Shown: piece by piece, positions 27,350-35,178 of the stretch
How positions within the stretch are numbered: position 1 is the first letter of the stretch
Layout of the letters: each line of letters opens with the position of its first letter
Assembly: GCA_035489695.1 (NCBI GenBank)
Contig: DATHJP010000082.1
Location: 1 to 36,786, forward strand
Source: Terriglobales bacterium
GTDB lineage: Bacteria > Acidobacteriota > Terriglobia > Terriglobales > Acidobacteriaceae
DNA length: 36,786 bases
Reading direction: 5' to 3'
Position numbers and translations under genes: made by a program
The notes under the pieces: model-generated
Told to the model about the DNA's origin: nothing
The model's input: only the letters and a program-made list of their open reading frames with translations
The model's database searches: none

Positions 27350-28606
27350 TCATTCGTAGCGCAGCGCTTCCACCGGATCCATGCGGGAAGCTTTTAACGC
27401 GGGGAAAAATCCAGAGATCATCCCTACCAGCGAGAGAATGGCAAACGAAATTGCCATCACGGTCATCGAGGCATGCAGGAAAATGTCGCCCTCGTGGTTG
27501 TCCGTCTTATACAAGTCACTATAAAGGGGCATAGGCGGAATTACCCAGGTGAGAAGGACTGCCACTGCCATTCCAATCAGGCCGCCCGCGAAAGTCAGCA
27601 CCAGAGCTTCCAGCAGGAATTGCACCAGGACATGCCGGGGACGTGCTCCCAGCGCTTTCCGCAGCCCAATCTCGCGCGTTCGCTCCGTCACTGAGACCAG
27701 CATGATGTTCATCACGCCGACCCCACCTACGCCCAATGTCACCGCGCCAATCAGGCCAAGAACCGCCTGCAATCCCAGCGAAAAAGCATTGATCATGGCG
27801 CCATCTTCGATGGTGTCCCACGCCGGCGTTGCCTTTTCATCCTTGGGATCGAAGAGATGGCGGCGGGCTACAACTTCGCGAACCGCCGCCAGCGCCTTCT
27901 TATTTAGCTCAGGAGCGGTCGGCTGGAAAATGATCATGTCCGGATCGCGGATATTTTTCAGATCGCGAAAAACCTCGAAAGGAATAAAACCGTTGTTGTT
28001 GTCCGGACCGTTGTACATCGAATCCTGAATCTTGTTGCGCAACACGCCGATGACTTCGAAATCGAGACCTCCGATGCTTACGTTCTGTCCAATCGAAGGC
28101 GCGCCTTGAAATACTTTCTTGTTGGCGTCGTGTCCCAGGATCACTACCCTGCGATGTTCCACAAAATCGCTCTCGCTGAAGTAGCGGCCATCGTCGATGT
28201 CTAGCTTGCGCATTTGGCCATAGGGCATTTCCACGCCTCGTACCTGCACCGAGACCACTCGTGTACCCACTTTGAATCCGAAATCGCGAACCACTTCAGC
28301 GCTCACTGCACGCACAATCGGAACTTCGTCACGAACGGCTTCCACATCCTCATATTTGAAGGTGACTGCCTTCCCTGCGCGCTGTCCACCCGCCTGAAGA
28401 CTTGTTTGTCCCGGCCAAAGCACGATCACGTTATTGCCCATGTTCATGAAGGCATGCAGGACGCTGCCGCCCAATCCCTGCCCATACGCCAGCAGGATCA
28501 CCACCGACGCCAGTCCCCACACAATCCCCAGCATAGTGAGGACAGACCGCAACTGGTTACGCCTGAGTGCCTGCCAGCTTTGCGAAATGAGTTCTTTTAA
28601 GAACAT
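27350..28606 (-). CDS. MacB-type ABC transporter permease (MacB periplasmic core domain plus FtsX), no ATPase domain
   Basis: 418 aa: TM1, a large periplasmic domain, then three TMs. It has the FtsX block GVMNIMLVSVTERTREIGLRKALGA and ends VEALRYE. Confidence 0.85.
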   Translation of the reverse strand: MFLKELISQSWQALRRNQLRSVLTMLGIVWGLASVVILLAYGQGLGGSVLHAFMNMGNNVIVLWPGQTSLQAGGQRAGKAVTFKYEDVEAVRDEVPIVRAVSAEVVRDFGFKVGTRVVSVQVRGVEMPYGQMRKLDIDDGRYFSESDFVEHRRVVILGHDANKKVFQGAPSIGQNVSIGGLDFEVIGVLRNKIQDSMYNGPDNNNGFIPFEVFRDLKNIRDPDMIIFQPTAPELNKKALAAVREVVARRHLFDPKDEKATPAWDTIEDGAMINAFSLGLQAVLGLIGAVTLGVGGVGVMNIMLVSVTERTREIGLRKALGARPRHVLVQFLLEALVLTFAGGLIGMAVAVLLTWVIPPMPLYSDLYKTDNHEGDIFLHASMTVMAISFAILSLVGMISGFFPALKASRMDPVEALRYE

Positions 28607-28613
28607 AAAAACA

Positions 28614-28753
28614 GTGGTCAGTGGCCAGTGGTCGGTGGCCAGTAAAACCAGGAACTAAGAACCGACAACTGCGAACTAAGAATTAAGACCCAAACTAGGA
28701 ACTCCGAACTGTGTCGGTTTTTACTGGCAACTGACCACTGGCCACTGACCACT
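28614..28753. repeat. heptad array E: 20 in-register heptads whose ends form a roughly 35-bp imperfect inverted repeat
   Basis: The left arm (28614-28649) pairs with the right arm (28716-28752). There are 20 perfect pairs, then 14 more with one G-T, one mismatch and one bulge. The 66-nt centre is made of NNNGAAC-type heptads. Confidence 0.85.
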
Positions 28754-28758
28754 CGTTC

Positions 28759-29775
28759 TTACTGAATTTCAATATTCCCCGATCCTGTCTCTACTTCCAC
28801 AGGCACTCCGCCGCCGCGGACTTTCCCTCGAATCTGTTTTCTTCCCACCGTGCCTTGCACTGTGACCGGATGATCCACAGAAATTGATCCAGAACTGGTG
28901 TGGGCATCCAGATCGAAGGCTGCGTCAGAGGGAAATCGAAGTTGAACGCCTCCCGATCCCGTATGCACAACCCATGCGCCCGTAGGATCGCCTTCGGCAC
29001 GGATGGTTCCGCTGCCCGCCTTCGCCTCGAGTGAGCCACGTACGCCGCGAAGTTCCATACCACCCGAGCCGGTATCGGCTCGCACTGCTCCAGGGGATGT
29101 TTGCTCCAGCGTAATGTGTCCGCTACCGGTATTCGCTTCAAACCCACCCCCGATTGCAGTAGCATGAATCGATCCGCTACCGGTTCTGGCTCGCACGTTG
29201 CCTTTCACGCGGTCGATCTGAACATCGCCCGAGCCCGTGTCAGCGCGCACGGTGTCGCCGATATCGGTAATCTTCAGCTCGCCGGATCCAGTTCCCACCT
29301 CAATCGACCTGCGAATACCTTCCACGGTCTGATGGCCGGATCCAGTGTGTGAGTGCAATTGCGTCTCTCCCGGAACAACCAGTTCGTAGCTGATGGATAC
29401 ATTTTGGCGCAACTCCGAATCATCGATGTGGCCGATGCGAATGTCATTGCCGCTCTGCAGGATCGGAGGATTGGCCTGCAGTTGTTTCACCTTCTCCTCA
29501 CCGTTGCCTCCCAGCCAGTCTCGTGTCTTGATGTGTCCGGTCACCTGCACCTGGTTGGTGGCGCCGGTTCGTATCTGAATGCTTCCGGACCCGGTGCTCA
29601 CGTCCAGATTGACCGGCCCAGTCACCTGTAGGGTTCGCTGGAACGAACCTTCGGCGTAGGCCACCGCCGTCGTCGAGTGAGCGCAAACCAGAATCAAGAG
29701 CAGACATCCCGCCAAACTCCCGGAACCGAACACTCGCCTCAGCAGGATCAGTGAAACATTTCGTCGCAATCGCAT
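28759..29775 (-). CDS. secreted DUF4097 (toastrack-fold) repeat protein
   Basis: Has an N-terminal hydrophobic signal-like segment and about ten TGSG(x)(I/V) rungs at roughly 20-aa spacing. An AGGAGG SD lies 5 nt before the ATG. Confidence 0.8.
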   Translation of the reverse strand: MRLRRNVSLILLRRVFGSGSLAGCLLLILVCAHSTTAVAYAEGSFQRTLQVTGPVNLDVSTGSGSIQIRTGATNQVQVTGHIKTRDWLGGNGEEKVKQLQANPPILQSGNDIRIGHIDDSELRQNVSISYELVVPGETQLHSHTGSGHQTVEGIRRSIEVGTGSGELKITDIGDTVRADTGSGDVQIDRVKGNVRARTGSGSIHATAIGGGFEANTGSGHITLEQTSPGAVRADTGSGGMELRGVRGSLEAKAGSGTIRAEGDPTGAWVVHTGSGGVQLRFPSDAAFDLDAHTSSGSISVDHPVTVQGTVGRKQIRGKVRGGGVPVEVETGSGNIEIQ

Positions 29776-29790
29776 CGTTCCTCCTATTCA

Positions 29791-30723
29791 TTAGTTGATC
29801 TGAACATCGCCAGAGCCGGTATGCACGGTGAGCATCGGACCGCCTCCGCGGACCTTACCGCTGATCGAACGTTGCGCACGTTGCACATTGCCCTGAACCG
29901 TCATGGTCACGGGATGGTCCACTGTGACTGTTCCCGAACCGGTAGACGCTCCCAGATCGAAGGCTGCCTGTGAAGGCAGGCGAAGCCGCACATTGCCTGA
30001 CCCTGTCCTAATATCCCAGATACCTGTCTGGGTACCGTCGATGGTGATATCGCCGCTGCCGGCTTCGGCGCGTACCGTGCCCTGTACGTCGCGAAGCTCG
30101 ATGTTTCCGGATCCGGTGTGAACTCGCACATCCCCGCTACCTTTTGCATTCAGGCGGATGTCCCCGCTGCCGGCTTCAGCGTTGAAGGCACCCGTCACAT
30201 CCTGCGCGTCAATATTTCCGGATCCGGTGTGCGCGTGCAGGTCGCCGTTCAAGTCTTTCAATCGCATATCGCCAGATCCGCTCTCCAGCTCCAGATTGCT
30301 TCGAATACCTTCAATGGTTTGATCTCCTGAGCCGCTGTGGGTGCGCAATCGAGTATCGGCCGGAACTGTTATGTCGTAATCAACGGAGATATTGCGGACA
30401 TTGACGTAGTCAATCCGAATGCTATTGCCGGTTTGGCGAATCGGAGGATTCTTTTCCAATTCGCTGACTTCGCCCTGACGGCCCCCGGAAAACCATTGCT
30501 CGCCAACAAAAATTTTCCCGCTGATGGATACCGTTCCTGCCGGACCACTATGGACCTTGATATCCCCAGAGTGAGTCAGGACTTCCAGGTCCACCGCTCC
30601 AGTAACCTGAAAGCTGCGCTGAAACGACCCTCGAACGGAAGCCGCGGCCGGAAGCGTGCAGCAAAATAAGACCAGCAAACTAAAGCTGAGATAAACCGCT
30701 GAAAATTGAATACGAGATTTCAA
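29791..30723 (-). CDS. secreted DUF4097 (toastrack-fold) repeat protein, paralogue of the downstream gene
   Basis: TTG start preceded by an AGGAGG SD (30736-30731). It has a signal-like N-terminus and about ten (T/A)GSG(D/N)(I/V) rungs. Confidence 0.8.
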   Translation of the reverse strand: MKSRIQFSAVYLSFSLLVLFCCTLPAAASVRGSFQRSFQVTGAVDLEVLTHSGDIKVHSGPAGTVSISGKIFVGEQWFSGGRQGEVSELEKNPPIRQTGNSIRIDYVNVRNISVDYDITVPADTRLRTHSGSGDQTIEGIRSNLELESGSGDMRLKDLNGDLHAHTGSGNIDAQDVTGAFNAEAGSGDIRLNAKGSGDVRVHTGSGNIELRDVQGTVRAEAGSGDITIDGTQTGIWDIRTGSGNVRLRLPSQAAFDLGASTGSGTVTVDHPVTMTVQGNVQRAQRSISGKVRGGGPMLTVHTGSGDVQIN

Positions 30724-30739
30724 GATGTATCCTCCTAGA

Positions 30740-30774
30740 CTAACTACTAGCCACTAATCACTAGCCACTGCCCT
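30740..30774 (+). repeat. heptad array F: CTAACTA CTAGCCA CTAATCA CTAGCCA CTGCCCT
   Basis: Five in-register heptads lie between the permease stop and the SD of the first DUF4097 gene. Confidence 0.7.
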
Positions 30775-32026
30775 ACTCGTACCTCAGCGAATCCACCGGC
30801 GTCATCTCCGCCGCGCGCTGCGCCGGATACATCCCCGCGGTCAACGTAATAATTGAAAGTGTCAGGACCGAAGCAATGATGGAAATGGGGGAAACAATTG
30901 GATGCGGCACGAAGTCTGGCAGCGGGATCACGGTCAGCGCCACACACGCTCCCACTCCGAACGTCAGGCCGAGCACTCCACTCACCACGGTCAGAATCGC
31001 CGACTCCGCAAAAAATTGCCGCAAAATATCCCGCCGAGTTGCTCCAATGGCTTTGCGCACCCCAATTTCGCGCGTACGCTCCGTGACTGAAACCAGCATG
31101 ATGTTCATCACCCCAATTCCGCCCAGGCACAATGTGATAATCGCCACGCAGGCGAAGAAAATCGTGATCACATTGAAGATGTTCTCCACCAGCTTGGCGC
31201 CTTCCATCGTGTCCCAGATGAACAACGCGTCTTTGTCCTTGGCATCGAAGTGGTGAATCCGCCCCAAAGTTCGACGCACTTGCAAAACCGCATCTTCATG
31301 TTCCTCAGGATCAGCGACTTCGAAAACTATATTGTCAAGATAGCCGCGAACGATGCCCGGCTTCTGCGGAGGCGGAAAATCTCGCGCCACCGCCGAGTAT
31401 GGAGCGTACAGATAATCGTTATCCGGCCCGCTGTAATTGGAATTTTGTTTCTTTTTCTGCAGCACACCGATCACGGTGTAGGGAACTCCCTTGATAGACA
31501 ACGCAGCGCCCACTGCAGGTTGTCCACTGAATAATTGCGCGCGGGCGGCATCGCCCAGGATAACTACCCGCCGCGCCTCGCGCTCATCTTCATCGGTGAG
31601 AAGCCGTCCTTCGCTCAACAGCAGAGAACGGAATTGCTGATACGACGGCCACATGCCCACCACACCGCGATTCGCAGAGTTGAATTGGCTGACTTCCGGC
31701 ACGCTGCGTCGCAGTTCCGGACTCACATTCTTGACTTGATAACACTCGTCACGAACCAGCCGGGCATCTTCGATAGTGAGGCTGATTTCGCGTCCTGCGG
31801 CCAGCCCACCCACCTGGGAACTGGTACGCCCGCCCCAGACAATCACCAGGTCTTTCCCCAGAGTCTGCATGCGCTTCTTCGAGTCCACGCTGAAACCCCG
31901 CCCCAACCCGACCAGCAGGATCACCGACGCGATTCCCCACACAATGCCAAACATGGTGAGGAAAACTCGCATCTTGTGTGCCCGGAAGCTCTCCAAGGTC
32001 TGCCGCAGGATTTCGATAACACTCAT
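30773..32026 (-). CDS. MacB-type ABC transporter permease (MacB_PCD plus FtsX), no ATPase domain
   Basis: 417 aa, a paralogue of 27350..28606. It shares the GVMNIMLVSVTERTREIG block with that gene and ends VDSLRYE. Confidence 0.85.
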   Translation of the reverse strand: MSVIEILRQTLESFRAHKMRVFLTMFGIVWGIASVILLVGLGRGFSVDSKKRMQTLGKDLVIVWGGRTSSQVGGLAAGREISLTIEDARLVRDECYQVKNVSPELRRSVPEVSQFNSANRGVVGMWPSYQQFRSLLLSEGRLLTDEDEREARRVVILGDAARAQLFSGQPAVGAALSIKGVPYTVIGVLQKKKQNSNYSGPDNDYLYAPYSAVARDFPPPQKPGIVRGYLDNIVFEVADPEEHEDAVLQVRRTLGRIHHFDAKDKDALFIWDTMEGAKLVENIFNVITIFFACVAIITLCLGGIGVMNIMLVSVTERTREIGVRKAIGATRRDILRQFFAESAILTVVSGVLGLTFGVGACVALTVIPLPDFVPHPIVSPISIIASVLTLSIITLTAGMYPAQRAAEMTPVDSLRYE

Positions 32027-32113
32027 GAATCGGATCTCAAGTCGTTGGCCTGATCACCTACAACTCAGACGCTCGGGAAGGGAAATCGTTAATCAAACCA
32101 GCCTCTAAAGTGG

Positions 32114-32142
32114 CAGAGCCCAAGCCGCCGGCTTGGGCTCTG
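32114..32142. other. 14-bp perfect hairpin in the adaptor-permease intergenic region
   Basis: CAGAGCCCAAGCCG-C-CGGCTTGGGCTCTG. No U-tract follows on either strand. Confidence 0.5.
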
Positions 32143-32168
32143 AAGTTCATGTGCGAGGTCCGACGCTC

Positions 32169-33380
32169 CTACTGCAGCACAACCTGATCGCCTTCCTTCA
32201 ACCCGCTGAGCACTTCGGTCTTGGCCCCATTTGATATACCAATATTGACGGCCATCTTCTTCTTGCCCTCTTTTTCTTTCGGATCCGGCACCTCGACCGA
32301 GGCTTTTTTGTCCTTGTCGTAAATGATCGCGCCTTCTGGAATCTGCAGCACACCCTTGTGCTCGTCCAGAATGATTTCAGCATTCGCAGTCATCGCCGCC
32401 TTCAGTTCGCCGCCGGGATTATTAATCGAGACCCGTACCTCGAACGTGGTTACGTTGTCCTTCTCCACGCCCATGGGCGAGATCTTGGTCACCTTGCCGG
32501 AGAAAGTTTTGTCCTTGAAAGATTCCACTTTAATCCGCGCCGGTTGACCGAGATAAACCTTGCCAATATCGCTCTCATCAACTTTGCCCTTGACGTAAAC
32601 CTCGCTGGTATCGCCCAAAGTCATGATCAAAGTAGCGGACGAACCGAGTACCAGGATGGAGCTCACCGCATCCCCGCGCTCCACATCCCGCGAAAGCACT
32701 ATTCCGTCGATTGGCGATGCGATAGTCGTGTAACCGAGCTGTTCTTCAAGTTGCTTTAAGTTGGCGCGGTCTTGCATCACTTGCGCCTGGGACTGCCCGA
32801 TCTTGGCCTTCAAAACGATAAGCTGCGCTTTCGACACGTTCTGTTTGTTCAGCGCCATTTCGTAGTTCTTCTGCGCATCGTCGAGAGCCGAGGCCGATAC
32901 CACACCTGCTTTGGCCATGCCCGAAGCCCGCTCGTAGGCGCGCCTCAACAAAGGCACATCCGGACCTTCGGCATCCACTTTGGCGCGCTGCCAGTCAGCC
33001 TCTGTGCCTTTCAAGCTGGCATCGCTGGCTTCCAATTGCGCCCGCGCCTGGGCAACACGCGCTTCGATCTCTTCTTTGTCGAGTTCGGCGAGCAGCTGCC
33101 CTCGCTTCACCTTGTCGCCGGCATCCACATAAAGTTTCTTGACGATCCCGCTGGCTTTGGATTTGACCTCCACCTTGGTGATGGGCTCAACTTTTCCCGT
33201 CGCCACCACGCTCTTGGCCAGATCGCCTTTCTCTACTCTCGCCAATTTCGAAGGATCGATCTTCGTGCCGCCGCGAGTAAAGGCGTACAGCACCACCGCT
33301 CCCAGCAGGATGATCCCAACCACGATGCCGCCATAAATCAGCCGTTTACGCTTTTTCTTATGATTACCGTTGCCGTTCAC
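32169..33380 (-). CDS. MacA/HlyD-family periplasmic adaptor (membrane fusion protein)
   Basis: The GTG at 33380 is preceded by an AGGAGG SD; the longest ORF starts at TTG 33395. It has a basic N-terminus plus TM, a lipoyl-like domain, a coiled-coil hairpin (ARVAQARAQLEASDASLKG...) and a beta-barrel domain. Confidence 0.85.
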   Translation of the reverse strand: MNGNGNHKKKRKRLIYGGIVVGIILLGAVVLYAFTRGGTKIDPSKLARVEKGDLAKSVVATGKVEPITKVEVKSKASGIVKKLYVDAGDKVKRGQLLAELDKEEIEARVAQARAQLEASDASLKGTEADWQRAKVDAEGPDVPLLRRAYERASGMAKAGVVSASALDDAQKNYEMALNKQNVSKAQLIVLKAKIGQSQAQVMQDRANLKQLEEQLGYTTIASPIDGIVLSRDVERGDAVSSILVLGSSATLIMTLGDTSEVYVKGKVDESDIGKVYLGQPARIKVESFKDKTFSGKVTKISPMGVEKDNVTTFEVRVSINNPGGELKAAMTANAEIILDEHKGVLQIPEGAIIYDKDKKASVEVPDPKEKEGKKKMAVNIGISNGAKTEVLSGLKEGDQVVLQ

Positions 33381-33648
33381 ATCCGCCTCCTGCAATTAAG
33401 TCGTTGGGACCCGAGTGGTGTTACGCAATCAGTTTGCGTTTTGTTCCGAAGATTCAGAACCAGGATATTGCCCGTTACTGCCCGCGCCCATGCATTAGAC
33501 CGGCAAACCCCGGAAATGAAAGCAGAAAATCTGATGTTTGAGTCGACGAAAAGAATCTCAAAGCAGGCAGTTAGTCACCGCTACTTCCACTATTATGCCC
33601 TATTCTACAACAGCTTAGCCTCGGGATAACTGCTTACGCCCTTTGGAA

Positions 33649-33657
33649 TGTTAGAAT
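33649..33657 (+). promoter_or_regulatory. extended -10 promoter element TGTTAGAAT immediately upstream of the CNNM gene
   Basis: TG-N-TAGAAT at 33649-33657. Only 9 nt separate it from the ATG at 33667, and no SD is present. Confidence 0.3.
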
Positions 33658-33666
33658 TAGCGATCC

Positions 33667-35037
33667 ATGATTGCATTTGTGCTGCTCCGGGTATTTTTGA
33701 TTCTTCTCCTGGTAGCAGCCAACGCTTTCTTCGCCGCAGCCGAATTCGCTCTGGTGAGCGTGCGCGATACGCGCATCCAGCAGCTCATCGAAGCTCGCCG
33801 CATCGGTGCCCGCATTGTCCAGAAACTCCACCGCAATCTGGACGAAGTGGTCAACGGCGTCCAACTGGGAATCACGGTCACCAGTCTTACCCTAGGCTGG
33901 GTAGGCGAGCCGCTGTTGGCCCGCATGGTTGAAGGTTCCATCGGACGCATTCCGCATGCCGCACTTTATTCCCACGGCATCGCTATCGTAGTTGCCTTCG
34001 CTCTAATCACATTCCTGCACGTGATCCTCGGCGAACTGGTTCCTAAATCCCTGGCCCTCCAGCGTGCTGAACAAGTTGCCCTGGCCGTCGCTGGCCCCAT
34101 GGACGTTTTCCTCACCGTCAGCCGCCCCTTCCTTTTTGTGATGAGTCGGGCGGCCGGCGTCGTACTCCGTATATTCGGCTCGCGTAAGATTCGCCAGGGT
34201 CCCATCCACTCGCCCGATGAACTCAAACTGATTGTCACTGCCAGCCGACAGTTCGGCCAGATCCCGCCCTTCCAGGAAGAAGTCATTCATCAGGCGCTCG
34301 ACTTGGAAAACATAACGGTGCGCGAGGTCATGGTGCCTCGCCCGGATATCTTTTCGCTCCCCGGAGACCTCACCTTGGAAGAAGCCCTGGGACGCGTGGT
34401 TGAAGAGCAACACTCGCGCATTCCCATCTATGACCCGCAGCGCGGCCCTGAACACATCATCGGAGTGCTCTACGCCAAGGACTTGATGCGTTGGACCCGC
34501 CTGCGTTATACCGCCAACCCCATGCAGCCAGTGTTACCTCGCATCACCAACATGAAAATCAGCCAGATCATGCACGACGTCCTGGTCGTACCCGAAACCA
34601 AAGTCCTCACCGAACTTCTGGAGGAATTCAAACAACGTAAACGCCATCTCGCAGTAGTAGTGGACGAGTTTGGCTCGACCGCGGGCGTGATCACCGTCGA
34701 AGACATTTTGGAACAACTGGTCGGTGAGATCGAAGACGAATTCGATGTCGTCCCACCTCAGCATGGTGCTCTAGAAGGGAAGACCGCCCTGATGCTCGAA
34801 GGCTCAGCCAGTATTCGCGATCTCGAATCACAACATGATCTGTTACTGCCACGCGACGCTGGATTCGAGACCCTCGCGGGATTTGTGCTCTCCCGATTGC
34901 AGCGCGTTCCCAGCATCGGCGACACCTTCGACTATGAAGGTCATCGTTTCACGGTCGCCGAGATGGAAGGCCACCGCATCGCCCGTGTAAAAATCGAAAA
35001 ACTTGAACCCGCACGCCTAGGCCAGGTAGGAGATTAA
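33667..35037 (+). CDS. CNNM/DUF21 family membrane protein with CBS pair and CorC_HlyC domain (hemolysin-family annotation class)
   Basis: Contains DUF21 TM segments (NAFFAAAEFALVS), CBS pair (VREVMVPRPDIF...) and a C-terminal CorC/HlyC domain. Confidence 0.85.
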   Translation: MIAFVLLRVFLILLLVAANAFFAAAEFALVSVRDTRIQQLIEARRIGARIVQKLHRNLDEVVNGVQLGITVTSLTLGWVGEPLLARMVEGSIGRIPHAALYSHGIAIVVAFALITFLHVILGELVPKSLALQRAEQVALAVAGPMDVFLTVSRPFLFVMSRAAGVVLRIFGSRKIRQGPIHSPDELKLIVTASRQFGQIPPFQEEVIHQALDLENITVREVMVPRPDIFSLPGDLTLEEALGRVVEEQHSRIPIYDPQRGPEHIIGVLYAKDLMRWTRLRYTANPMQPVLPRITNMKISQIMHDVLVVPETKVLTELLEEFKQRKRHLAVVVDEFGSTAGVITVEDILEQLVGEIEDEFDVVPPQHGALEGKTALMLEGSASIRDLESQHDLLLPRDAGFETLAGFVLSRLQRVPSIGDTFDYEGHRFTVAEMEGHRIARVKIEKLEPARLGQVGD

Positions 35038-35039
35038 AA

Positions 35040-35177
35040 CTAAGAACCGAGAACCAAGAACTGACAACTGAATTGAATATCCCGAACCCAGACACCCGGC
35101 ACCAACCCGACACCGGGCACCAAGCTGAGATCTGGTCCCTTACTGACAACTGGCAACTGAGCACTGACAACTGATTC
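35040..35177 (+). repeat. heptad array G: CTAAGAA CCGAGAA CCAAGAA CTGACAA CTGAATT ... CTGACAA CTGGCAA CTGAGCA CTGACAA CTGATTC
   Basis: The array fills the whole 141-nt spacer from the CNNM stop to the dppB-like ATG. One phase shift occurs in the C-rich centre. Confidence 0.85.
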
Positions 35178-35178
35178 C

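Noticed and set aside
28614-28753. Heptad arrays considered as CRISPR arrays or MITEs.
   Set aside because: The 7-nt period has no unique spacers and no cas genes, which excludes CRISPR. Only one locus has terminal inverted repeats and none has recognisable target-site duplications, so a MITE call is unsupported. They are reported as a new repeat family instead.
33396-33666. Riboswitch or sigma-54 promoter in the divergent macA-like/CNNM control region.
   Set aside because: I could not recognise an M-box or yybP-ykoY-type conserved core (no GGGGAGTAG-like block) or a TGGCAC-N5-TTGC element on either strand. Only an extended -10 next to the CNNM start is supportable.
35040-35177. Heptad arrays considered as coding repeats or C-terminal extensions of upstream genes.
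   Set aside because: All three plus-strand frames are interrupted by multiple stops within the arrays, and the upstream genes end at normal family-typical C-termini.
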